Source: Candidatus Saccharimonadales bacterium
Lineage (GTDB): Bacteria; Patescibacteriota; Saccharimonadia; Saccharimonadales; EFPC-124
Reading direction: 5' to 3'
Length of the DNA stretch: 64,000 nt
NCBI GenBank assembly: GCA_050730875.1
Contig: JBOHNX010000001.1
Span: forward strand, 77,827-141,826
Shown: in pieces, positions 25,702-33,849 of the stretch
How the letters are laid out: each line of letters begins with the position of its first letter
Numbering within the stretch: position 1 is the stretch's first letter
Made by a program: the position numbers and the translations under genes
The notes under the pieces: model-generated
What the model was told of the DNA's origin: nothing
The model's database searches: none
What the model saw: only the letters and a program-made list of their open reading frames with translations

Positions 25702-26997
25702 ATGTTAGACATCCGTTTTATTCGCGAGCACAAAAGTGATGTGCAGAAGGCGAGTGGGCAAAAAGGTTACAAAGTTGATATTGCCCATTTGCTTGAGCTC
25801 GACGAACGCCGCCGCGAACTCCAACAAAAAGCCGAGGGCTTGCGCCAGCAACGCAACGAACTTGCCGAGCAATTAAAAAACGGCAAACCAAGTGACGAGG
25901 CTATCGCCAAGGGTCGCGAACTAAAGACCGAACTTGCGGAAGTTGAAGATCACTTACGAGTTGCAGAAGAAGAGTTCACGAACCTGCTCAAGCAAGTGCC
26001 AAACATGCCGCTTAAAGATGTGCCGATTGGCGCGAGCGAAGACGAAAATGTCATCGCTAAAACAGTCGGCGAGCCTGGCAAATTCGATTTCGAACCAAAA
26101 AACCATTGGGAGCTGGCTGAACAACGCGGCTGGATCGACAAAGAACGAGCCGCGAAGGTTGCAGGCAGCCGCTTTGCATATATAAAAGGCGAGCTAGTCC
26201 GCTTGCAGTGGGCATTGATGCAATTTGGGCTTAACCAGCTCATGGACGAGCAGGTGATTGCCGAGCTTGTCAAAGAAAACAGCCTGAAGGTAAGCACCAA
26301 ACCGTTTACACCAGTATTACCACCGCTCTTAATTCGCACCGACGTGTATGATGCCATGGATCGCTTAGAGCCACGCGACGATCGCTACAAAATCGAGGGC
26401 GAGGAACTGTGGCTGCAGGGCAGCGCAGAACACGTACTCGGTAGTATGCACACTGATGAGATATTCGATGAATCAGACATGCCAATACGTTACGTTGGCT
26501 ACGCTACATCGTTCCGCAAAGAAGCCGGTACCTACGGCAAAGACATGGAGGGGATCATCCGCATGCACCAGTTCGACAAACTGGAAATGGAAAGCTTGTG
26601 TACCCCAGAAACATCTTACGACGAACACCTCCTGATGATCGCGCTGCAAGAGCATCTGATGCAGGCGCTGAAGTTACCGTATAGAGTTGTCAACAAATGC
26701 ACTGCAGATATCGGTAAGCCAAATGCGCGAGGTTGGGACATTGAGGCATGGCTGCCGGGACAGAATAAGTACCGCGAAACTCACACAGCTGACTATATGA
26801 CCGACTACCAAGCTCGACGTTTGCAAACTCGTGTTCGTCGTGACACGGGCGAGCTCGAGCTAACCCACACAAACGACGCAACGGTCTTTTCGCAGCGCCC
26901 ACTTATTGCCATCCTCGAAAATTATCAAAATGAAGATGGTACCGTAGTAGTCCCAGAGGTTTTGCGGCCATTCATGGGTAACAAAAGCCTTCTGTAG
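25702..26997 (+). CDS. serS: Seryl-tRNA synthetase
   Basis: N-terminal coiled-coil arm. Class II motifs YVGYATSFRKEAG and RMHQFDKLE. TGcTATAAT (25687-95) ends 6 nt before the ATG. Confidence 0.95.
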   Translation: MLDIRFIREHKSDVQKASGQKGYKVDIAHLLELDERRRELQQKAEGLRQQRNELAEQLKNGKPSDEAIAKGRELKTELAEVEDHLRVAEEEFTNLLKQVPNMPLKDVPIGASEDENVIAKTVGEPGKFDFEPKNHWELAEQRGWIDKERAAKVAGSRFAYIKGELVRLQWALMQFGLNQLMDEQVIAELVKENSLKVSTKPFTPVLPPLLIRTDVYDAMDRLEPRDDRYKIEGEELWLQGSAEHVLGSMHTDEIFDESDMPIRYVGYATSFRKEAGTYGKDMEGIIRMHQFDKLEMESLCTPETSYDEHLLMIALQEHLMQALKLPYRVVNKCTADIGKPNARGWDIEAWLPGQNKYRETHTADYMTDYQARRLQTRVRRDTGELELTHTNDATVFSQRPLIAILENYQNEDGTVVVPEVLRPFMGNKSLL

Positions 26998-27122
26998 CCA
27001 GGCATTATAGTTTGGCACATTTTGGATTTTTTCTATCCGGTGCTCGACACCGTACATTTGAGTACGGCTTACTCTGCTCCTCAAGAAAAAATCCAAACTG
27101 CACTCAAACGTATAATGCCTGG
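26998..27122. repeat. 125-nt register-symmetric long hairpin immediately after the serS stop
   Basis: CCAGGCATTATA (26998-27009) pairs with TATAATGCCTGG (27111-27122). TTGGATTTTTTC (27022-33) pairs with GAAAAAATCCAA (27085-96). The apex is CCGTAC-ATTTGA-GTACGG (27050-67). Confidence 0.6.
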
Positions 27123-27173
27123 AATGCTATAATGGAATTGTCGGAATAAATACTTAAAAAGGCGGAGTGACAC

Positions 27174-27560
27174 GTGATTTCTCACATAGATACATCTGGT
27201 ATCAACATTGAGTTGGGTGAAGACATAAAAAAATATATTCAGAGAAAAGTTGGTCGGCTAGACCGCTTTATGCCCCGCCACGCACGCAAAACTGCGCATG
27301 CCGAGGCCAAATTGCGCGAAACTAATAACAGACTCGGCAACAAATATGAGTGCGAGATAATTTTGCACTTGCCCGGCGGCCAAATTCAGGCCAAAGAAGC
27401 GACGCTCAACATGTTTGCAGCGGTCGATATTGTCGAGGCTAAGCTGAAGAATCAGATTGTTAAATATAAAGAAGCCCACATCGCGCATCTGAAAGACCGC
27501 AACCCAGGGTTTATGAAACGCCTGCGCCAGCGTGTGCTTCGCACTGGAGCGGCTGAATAA
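27174..27560 (+). CDS. hpf: Ribosome hibernation promoting factor (RaiA/HPF, short form)
   Basis: GTG start after SD AAAAAGGCGGAG. Sequence IELGEDIKKYIQRKVGRLDRF...ECEIILHLPGG...EATLNMFAAVDIVEAKLKNQIVKYK. Confidence 0.85.
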   Translation: MISHIDTSGINIELGEDIKKYIQRKVGRLDRFMPRHARKTAHAEAKLRETNNRLGNKYECEIILHLPGGQIQAKEATLNMFAAVDIVEAKLKNQIVKYKEAHIAHLKDRNPGFMKRLRQRVLRTGAAE

Positions 27561-27647
27561 AAGCACTCCGGGGCGTTTCTTTTCGGCCTCAAGCCAGCTA
27601 TACTGGTCGGTAGTCTTATTTTTGGTAAGTAAAGTGGAAGTGGTGTA

Positions 27648-30239
27648 ATGAAGCAGATTTTGACAAAGATTTTTGGTGACCCTCAGGCAAAAACCGTGCG
27701 CCGGTTGCGCAAAAAAGTTCGCCAGGTAAACCTGCAAGCTGATAAGTACAAGGCAATGAAATTGCCCGAGCTAAAAAAGCAAACGGCAGTTCTAAAAGAG
27801 AAGCTCGAAAAGGGTAAGGCCCTCGACGACATTATGCCAGACGCATTCGCATTAGTACGCGAAGCAAGTGACCGCGTGCTTAAAATGCGTCATTTCGATG
27901 TACAGCTTATTGGTGGTATGGCTCTGCACGAAGGCAACGTCGCCGAGATGAAAACCGGTGAAGGTAAAACCCTGGTGGCAACACTGCCAAGCTACCTTAA
28001 CGCACTCAGCGGCAAAGGCGTCCACATCGTTACTGTAAACGACTACCTGGCACAGCGTGATGCCGGTTGGATGGGGCCGCTGTATGACTTTTTGGGCCTG
28101 AGCGTCGGTGTAATTATTGCTGACCAGTCGTTCTTATTTGATTCGAAGTTTGATAACGCCGCACACGAAGACCCACGCATGCGTAAGCTTAAACCATGCA
28201 CTCGTAAAGAGGCATACGAAGCTGACATTACATATGGCACCAACAACGAATTTGGTTTTGACTACTTGCGCGACAACATGGTCAACGAAGTAGAGTTGCT
28301 ACGCCAGCGTGAGCTGAACTTTGCCATCGTCGACGAGGTTGACTCAATCTTAATCGACGAAGCCCGAACGCCGCTTATTATTTCGGCGCCTTCTAGCGAC
28401 AGCGGTTCGAACTACCAGACCTTTGCGTCGATCGCGCGCAAACTAAAACCAGAGGATTATATTCTGGATGAAAAGCGCCGTGCTGTAAGCCTTACTGACG
28501 AAGGTATCGAAAAAGCCGAAAAATTACTGGGTATCGGCAACTTCTACGCGCCTGAAAACGTCCGCGCCGTGTACCACATGGAGCAAGCGCTGAAAGCCGA
28601 GACATTATTTAAGCGCGACAAAGACTACGTTGTGACAGGTGATAGCGAAGTCGTTATCGTCGACGAGTTTACTGGCCGTTTAATGCAAGGTCGCCGCTAC
28701 AACGAAGGTCTGCACCAGGCGATCGAAGCCAAAGAAAGTGTGCCCGTGCTGCAGGAAAGCATGACGCTCGCAACCATTTCGTTCCAAAACTACTTCCGTC
28801 TGTACGACAAACTGAGTGGTATGACCGGTACGGCCTACACCGAAGCGGAAGAATTTGCCCAGATCTATGGCCTTGATGTCGTGCAGATTCCACCAAACAG
28901 GCCAATGGTTCGTGAAGACCGAACGGATATGATTTTTAAGACCGAAGCTGGTAAATTCCGCGCCATCATTGAAGCAGTGAGGGAATACCACAAAGAAGGT
29001 CGGCCAGTTCTTATTGGTAGCGCCTCAATTGAAAAAAACGAACTACTCGGCCAAGCGCTGGCTAAGGCTGGCATTCCGCACGAAACGCTCAACGCTAAAA
29101 ACAACGAGCGTGAAGCCGCGATTATCGCCAAAGCCGGCCAAAAGGGTGCAGTGACGCTTGCGACCAACATTGCCGGTCGTGGTACCGACATTGTGCTAGA
29201 TAGCGATGTGAAAGAACTCGGTGGGTTAGTGGTGATCGGTTCGGAGCGTCACGAGGCTCGCCGCATTGACAATCAGTTGCGCGGACGTTGTGGTCGCCAA
29301 GGTGACCCAGGCTTGACCCAGTTCTACGTAAGCTGCGAAGACGACCTGATGCGTATTTTCCAGGGTGATCGTATTCGCGCACTTATGGACCGCTTGGGTG
29401 TAGATGAAGACACGCCAATCCAAAACCGCGCCGTCAGCAAAACACTGGAGAACGCACAGAAGAAAGTGGAAGGCTACAACTTCGACGCTCGTAAAAACGT
29501 GGTGCAGTACGACAACGTCATGAACCGCCATCGCCGCGCCGTGTACAGCATACGCCGCGAAATTTTGCTTGGCGAAGATATTAGTGACGAAATTAAGCGG
29601 CTCATCGAAGAAGAGGCGTATTCGCTTACAGCGGTATCAGCCAAAGAAAAACCAGACTTTGCAACCGAGCTCGCGACGATTATTCCGCTAGACAGTAAGA
29701 CACTCAAGAAGCTTGAAAAAGAAGAAAAAGATAAAGTCCGTACCGCAGATGCCCTAAAAGCGGCTAAAAAATTGTACAAAGCACGCGAAAAAGAACTTAG
29801 CGGCGAAATTATGCGCAAAATTGAGCGTGAGATTTATCTGCAAGTTATGGATACGCTTTGGATGCAACACCTAGAAAACATGCAGCACCTACGCGAAGGT
29901 ATTCATTGGCGCAGTGTTGGTCAGCGTGACCCACTGGTAGAATATCGGCGCGAATCACAGCACTTGTTTGATCAGTTGCAGGGAACGCTGCGTGAAGAAG
30001 TTGTGCGCGCCATCTTCCATGTGCACAAACAAGACGTTCGCAAAGCCGAAGAAGAGAACTTCAACACCGAATTAACCCGCGCTGCCGAGCACTCGGTAGA
30101 GCAGGGTGTCAATGAAGTTAGCCAACCAGAGCGCAAAGTACGTTTTGACACCAGCGATGACCAATCTGCCAAGAAGAAAAAAGAACAACTTCGCAAAAAG
30201 CGCAAAAAAGAGCGCAAGAATCGCAAAAAGCGCCACTAA
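27648..30239 (+). CDS. secA: Preprotein translocase ATPase SecA
   Basis: MKTGEGKTLVATLP (Walker A), DEVDSILIDEARTPLIIS, TNIAGRGTDI and RGRCGRQGDPG. Lys/Arg-rich C-terminus with no Cys. Confidence 0.97.
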   Translation: MKQILTKIFGDPQAKTVRRLRKKVRQVNLQADKYKAMKLPELKKQTAVLKEKLEKGKALDDIMPDAFALVREASDRVLKMRHFDVQLIGGMALHEGNVAEMKTGEGKTLVATLPSYLNALSGKGVHIVTVNDYLAQRDAGWMGPLYDFLGLSVGVIIADQSFLFDSKFDNAAHEDPRMRKLKPCTRKEAYEADITYGTNNEFGFDYLRDNMVNEVELLRQRELNFAIVDEVDSILIDEARTPLIISAPSSDSGSNYQTFASIARKLKPEDYILDEKRRAVSLTDEGIEKAEKLLGIGNFYAPENVRAVYHMEQALKAETLFKRDKDYVVTGDSEVVIVDEFTGRLMQGRRYNEGLHQAIEAKESVPVLQESMTLATISFQNYFRLYDKLSGMTGTAYTEAEEFAQIYGLDVVQIPPNRPMVREDRTDMIFKTEAGKFRAIIEAVREYHKEGRPVLIGSASIEKNELLGQALAKAGIPHETLNAKNNEREAAIIAKAGQKGAVTLATNIAGRGTDIVLDSDVKELGGLVVIGSERHEARRIDNQLRGRCGRQGDPGLTQFYVSCEDDLMRIFQGDRIRALMDRLGVDEDTPIQNRAVSKTLENAQKKVEGYNFDARKNVVQYDNVMNRHRRAVYSIRREILLGEDISDEIKRLIEEEAYSLTAVSAKEKPDFATELATIIPLDSKTLKKLEKEEKDKVRTADALKAAKKLYKAREKELSGEIMRKIEREIYLQVMDTLWMQHLENMQHLREGIHWRSVGQRDPLVEYRRESQHLFDQLQGTLREEVVRAIFHVHKQDVRKAEEENFNTELTRAAEHSVEQGVNEVSQPERKVRFDTSDDQSAKKKKEQLRKKRKKERKNRKKRH

Positions 30240-30301
30240 AAGTGGTAGGATAGGTAACAGTTATTTTATAAACTGTTAAACCTAAAGGATCTTTGTTACC
30301 A

Positions 30302-31588
30302 ATGAAGCACTCAGTCGAAGAAGTGGTGTTAGGTAATGGCAGCCGCGGGCTGCTTATACACGTTCCAAATGCCACTGTTACGAGCTACGATTTTGAATTC
30401 CGCGCGGGCAACCAGTATGCTCGCGCCGAAGATGTGTACGAAACGCCGCACATTATGGAACACATGGTCTTTGGCGCAAACCAAACGTACAAATCATCGT
30501 TGGCATTTAAGGCGGAATTCCAGAAAAACGGCGCTCATTACAACGCATCGACTGCCGACACCAGCCTCCGTTACTACACAACCTGCGCCGACTTTGAGTG
30601 GGATCGAATTAATGATTTGCTTCGTTTAGCTATTACCAAACCGATGTTCTTGGACAGTGAGTTCCAGGCAGAATCGGGGAACGTTAAGGAAGAACTTACC
30701 GGCTACCTGAACAGTCACAACCGTGTATTATGGCAACGCCTCGCACAAGCCAGCGGCGAAAAATTCCTAACCGATTCGCAACGCCTGAAAGTTATGGACA
30801 ACGTAAAGTTGGACGACATTAAAGAACACTACAAGCGCACACATACCAGCGACAACATGCGTTTTGTTATCGCTGGTAATCTAAAAGAAGAGCGCCGTAA
30901 CAATTTGCTTGATAGTCTCGAAAAATGGCAGCTATCGCGTGGCGAACGCTTTGCGGTGCAAAAAGAGGAGCTGGTTGGATCGCCCGAACCAGTGCGTGTT
31001 TCGCGCAAAGAGGTAGAGAGCCTTATTTTTGCGTTGAGTATTCAAGCTAACTGGCGCCTCAAAGACAGCGAACACGACTCGATGAACGCACTCAACCATA
31101 TGCTAACCGGTACGCTACATTCGCTTATTTTAGGTAAAGCGCGCGAACGCGGCCTGACATACGGCATGTGGTCGGATGTGCTGGTGAGCGAAAGCACCAG
31201 CGCCTGGGAATTTGGCGGCCAAGTAAGCCTTAAAAACGCGCCAAAGCTGTTCGAAATTATTGTTGAAGAGGTGCAGAAAATCCGCACTGGCAAGATTAAA
31301 AACGAAGATATCGACGCTGCCAAGCAATTTGCGCTCGGCAAACACCAAATGGGTTGCCAAACAGTTGGCGCAATCGTGCAGTGGTACGGCGGCCGCTACT
31401 TCTTTGATGGCTACGTCGATGACTACATGAAACGCCCCAAAGCAATCGAAGCAATCAATAAAGAAGCAATCGTCAAAGCCGCAAACGACTTTATCGGTGG
31501 CAAACGGTGGGCGCTCGGTGGGCTAGGGCAGTGCTCGGAAGAACAGCTGAAAGATCTACACCAACAAGTCGCTGTATTATTTGAATAA
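30302..31588 (+). CDS. M16 (pitrilysin/insulinase) family zinc peptidase
   Basis: Inverted zinc motif HIMEHMVF (HxxEH) near the N-terminus, and two-domain M16 length. ATG 30302 is preferred over TTG 30293. Confidence 0.85.
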   Translation: MKHSVEEVVLGNGSRGLLIHVPNATVTSYDFEFRAGNQYARAEDVYETPHIMEHMVFGANQTYKSSLAFKAEFQKNGAHYNASTADTSLRYYTTCADFEWDRINDLLRLAITKPMFLDSEFQAESGNVKEELTGYLNSHNRVLWQRLAQASGEKFLTDSQRLKVMDNVKLDDIKEHYKRTHTSDNMRFVIAGNLKEERRNNLLDSLEKWQLSRGERFAVQKEELVGSPEPVRVSRKEVESLIFALSIQANWRLKDSEHDSMNALNHMLTGTLHSLILGKARERGLTYGMWSDVLVSESTSAWEFGGQVSLKNAPKLFEIIVEEVQKIRTGKIKNEDIDAAKQFALGKHQMGCQTVGAIVQWYGGRYFFDGYVDDYMKRPKAIEAINKEAIVKAANDFIGGKRWALGGLGQCSEEQLKDLHQQVAVLFE

Positions 31589-31604
31589 TTTCTAAAAAAT
31601 TCTT

Positions 31605-31631
31605 GTCTGGGGCCAAAATGCGACCCCAGAC
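31605..31631. terminator. Hairpin between convergent genes (possible bidirectional terminator)
   Basis: GTCTGGGG (31605-12) pairs with CCCCAGAC (31624-31), with an 11-nt loop. No strong T-run. Confidence 0.5.
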
Positions 31632-31645
31632 AGCGAACGAATGGG

Positions 31646-31941
31646 TTACGTGCGCACGGCGATTATCTTAGCGTCACCTCGATTCGTGTTGCGGCACTGA
31701 GCGCCCTGGCCGTGTTTGCCCTGGTAATCTTCAGTGCATTTCCAGGCGAACGGGTCGCCCTTGAACGGGAACGGGTCGAAGGGGCCGTCGCAGTGGCAGA
31801 AGTTCTTGATGATCCACAAAGCTTCACCGCAGGTCACGTTCTCGGCGAGAACACGCACGGGTCCGCCAAATTCTCCATTCGGCCAGACGAACTGCGTTTC
31901 CTCAACCCGACCGCATTTCTGCTCGACGGGCTGCAGAGCGC
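31646..31941 (-). other. Start-less open frame (-1 relative to the lipase) encoding a Cys-rich C-terminal segment
   Basis: Own translation: the -1 frame is open from 32050 down to the stop at 31646. It reads ...KLQKDEKVKELVVNGIKKYLSALQPVEQKCGRVEETQFVWPNGEFGGPVRVLAENVTCGEALWIIKNFCHCDGPFDPFPFKGDPFAWKC..., with no ATG/GTG/TTG before 31858. Confidence 0.45.
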
Positions 31942-32763
31942 TCAGGTATTTTTTGATTCCGTTGACGACCAGTTCTTTGACTTTTTCGTCTTTTTGGAGC
32001 TTCGTCCGTCGGTCAGGGCAGAGTGCTTCAAAACGATATAATCGCTTTCGCTATCGACATCAATGACCGTGAGAAACATTGGCACTTGCATGGTCAGGTC
32101 ACCTGCGATTGTGAGCACGGGTATGCCCGCCGGCCACGGACGTAGACGTTTAAGCTCATCGGATCCAACGCGCAAGCCCAATGTGGCTTCGGAGGGTTGG
32201 CAAAGAGGTGTTGGTGAGCCTGTGACAAACTCAATTATCCACTTACATACGCCCAGCACATTGACCAGATCGTTTGCCGCTCCGCTTCCCTTGTAGGGCG
32301 TTCCGATGGTAACCACCAAGCCCAGATCGTCGGCGACTTTGCGGCCATTGATGACCTGGCTTGCGGCGTACTTCGTTGCCAACCCACCCATGGAGTGGGC
32401 GACCACAATGATTTTGCCTGGACCGCCCGCTGCACGCGACGACTCTGCCCGACAGGCAATTTCCTTTGCCAGACGGCCGCCGAGGTTTTCGAAGTCGACC
32501 CAGCGTTTGCGCTCGTATTCGTAGTCATACCACGTAGAGAACAAACGATCATCTCTATCGAGTGTGTTGTACAGCGATTTCGGATTCTGCAGGTCCCACA
32601 TGTCCTTACTGCTGTTGAATCCATGCACAAACAACACCGGCATCCGCGTGCCAACATCTGGCAAGCAGCCCGTCTGTGCCAGCGCCTTCGCTGGTACCAT
32701 CAGAGAAGCAAGCACGAACAGGGCGACCAGAAGGCCGCCCCGCAATGCCAATTTGTACGGCAA
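31942..32763 (-). CDS. Secreted alpha/beta-hydrolase (lipase/esterase), frame interrupted near the 3' end
   Basis: TTG start. Signal peptide MPYKLALRGGLLVALFVLASLMVPAKALA, PVLFVHGF, nucleophile elbow VVAHSMGG, and SDYIVLKHSAL. The ORF stops just after two AAAAAG runs. Confidence 0.75.
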   Translation of the reverse strand: MPYKLALRGGLLVALFVLASLMVPAKALAQTGCLPDVGTRMPVLFVHGFNSSKDMWDLQNPKSLYNTLDRDDRLFSTWYDYEYERKRWVDFENLGGRLAKEIACRAESSRAAGGPGKIIVVAHSMGGLATKYAASQVINGRKVADDLGLVVTIGTPYKGSGAANDLVNVLGVCKWIIEFVTGSPTPLCQPSEATLGLRVGSDELKRLRPWPAGIPVLTIAGDLTMQVPMFLTVIDVDSESDYIVLKHSALTDGRSSKKTKKSKNWSSTESKNT

Positions 32764-32768
32764 TTATC

Positions 32769-33200
32769 TCACCTCGCAACTGTCGTAAGGATGTACCAGT
32801 GACTGTTTTCCTTTGCCAAGTACACTATATGCACCTGGCCGTTCGACAGCTTAGCGTCAACTGTAGCTTTGCTGTCGTCGCCATCTTGTAGCTTGAACGT
32901 CTCGGGCTGGAAGGCAATAGTTATACCTCCCGGCAGCGCTGGCTGACCCGCCTTGACGTACGATTCGCGCAGGAAGCTGGCGAAGGCCAGGCTCTGCTCT
33001 TCCAGAGAACTACCGGGTTTGTTCAGGATCTTTTCAAGATCCTGCAAGTCCTGGCGGTAGTCCAGGCTGGATGTTGGACTCGATGCCGCTTTCGGTGGCT
33101 CCGACTCGGCGCCACGCGGCCACCAGAGCCAGGCTGCACCGAGTACTAGTACTGCCAGTACGGCAACCAGCAACACGATGATACTTCGTTTTGATCGCAT
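32769..33200 (-). CDS. N-terminally membrane-anchored hypothetical protein (143 aa), upstream partner of the lipase
   Basis: MRSKRSIIVLLVAVLAVLVLGAAWLWW anchor. SD AAGGA lies 6 nt upstream. The stop is 5 nt from the lipase start. Confidence 0.6.
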   Translation of the reverse strand: MRSKRSIIVLLVAVLAVLVLGAAWLWWPRGAESEPPKAASSPTSSLDYRQDLQDLEKILNKPGSSLEEQSLAFASFLRESYVKAGQPALPGGITIAFQPETFKLQDGDDSKATVDAKLSNGQVHIVYLAKENSHWYILTTVAR

Positions 33201-33305
33201 CTCACATCCTTTCGTTCGCTTTGTTAATGTACCAATCGGCCTATCCGATTAGTGAGCAAATGGATATTACAACGATTTCGTGTAAAAGATCAAGGATCTT
33301 TACAA

Positions 33306-33830
33306 TTACAATGCAAAATATATTGTCCAGTATTGTTCATCGCCAATCTCAATAATATGTATCTTAGGAGATGGATTTAAGTGGTAGGTTTTAGTTATAG
33401 TTTTTGAATCATCGTAATATGTGATACCAAAATCTTGCCCGCTTTTTGTCCTAAAAAATAAAGTTCTGTTGCTGAAACCAGAATTAGAACTTTGCACGTT
33501 AGAAGTGTGCGTGGGGGCTGCCTTCTTAAAGTATTTTTGTACTTCCTCAATGGTCATATCAGTTCCAAAGTAAAAGGACGACCCTGGCTGACTGCCGCAT
33601 AAAGGATACCAACAACCATAATCAGTCCTGCCTACATATTCAAAGCCTGGCCCCAAATCTTTCGGCAGAACTCGATTTACGTATGGGTACGCCAGTGAGC
33701 CGAGCCAATAGATAGGAAGGGCCAATACAATTAGTACGGCATAGGTTCCTGGATCCTTGAGTTTCTTTTTTATGGTTTCGCCAACGGCCATATCACATTC
33801 ATAGTAACGCATTTTCGTTGTTTTTTGCAC
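33306..33830 (-). CDS. AT-rich hypothetical membrane-anchored protein (174 aa)
   Basis: One TM segment (YAVLIVLALPIYWLGSLAY) then a Y/F/S/T-rich domain. Start is GTG 33830 or a downstream ATG. No motif recognised. Confidence 0.55.
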   Translation of the reverse strand: MQKTTKMRYYECDMAVGETIKKKLKDPGTYAVLIVLALPIYWLGSLAYPYVNRVLPKDLGPGFEYVGRTDYGCWYPLCGSQPGSSFYFGTDMTIEEVQKYFKKAAPTHTSNVQSSNSGFSNRTLFFRTKSGQDFGITYYDDSKTITKTYHLNPSPKIHIIEIGDEQYWTIYFAL

Positions 33831-33849
33831 GGAATGTATACTAAGGGTA

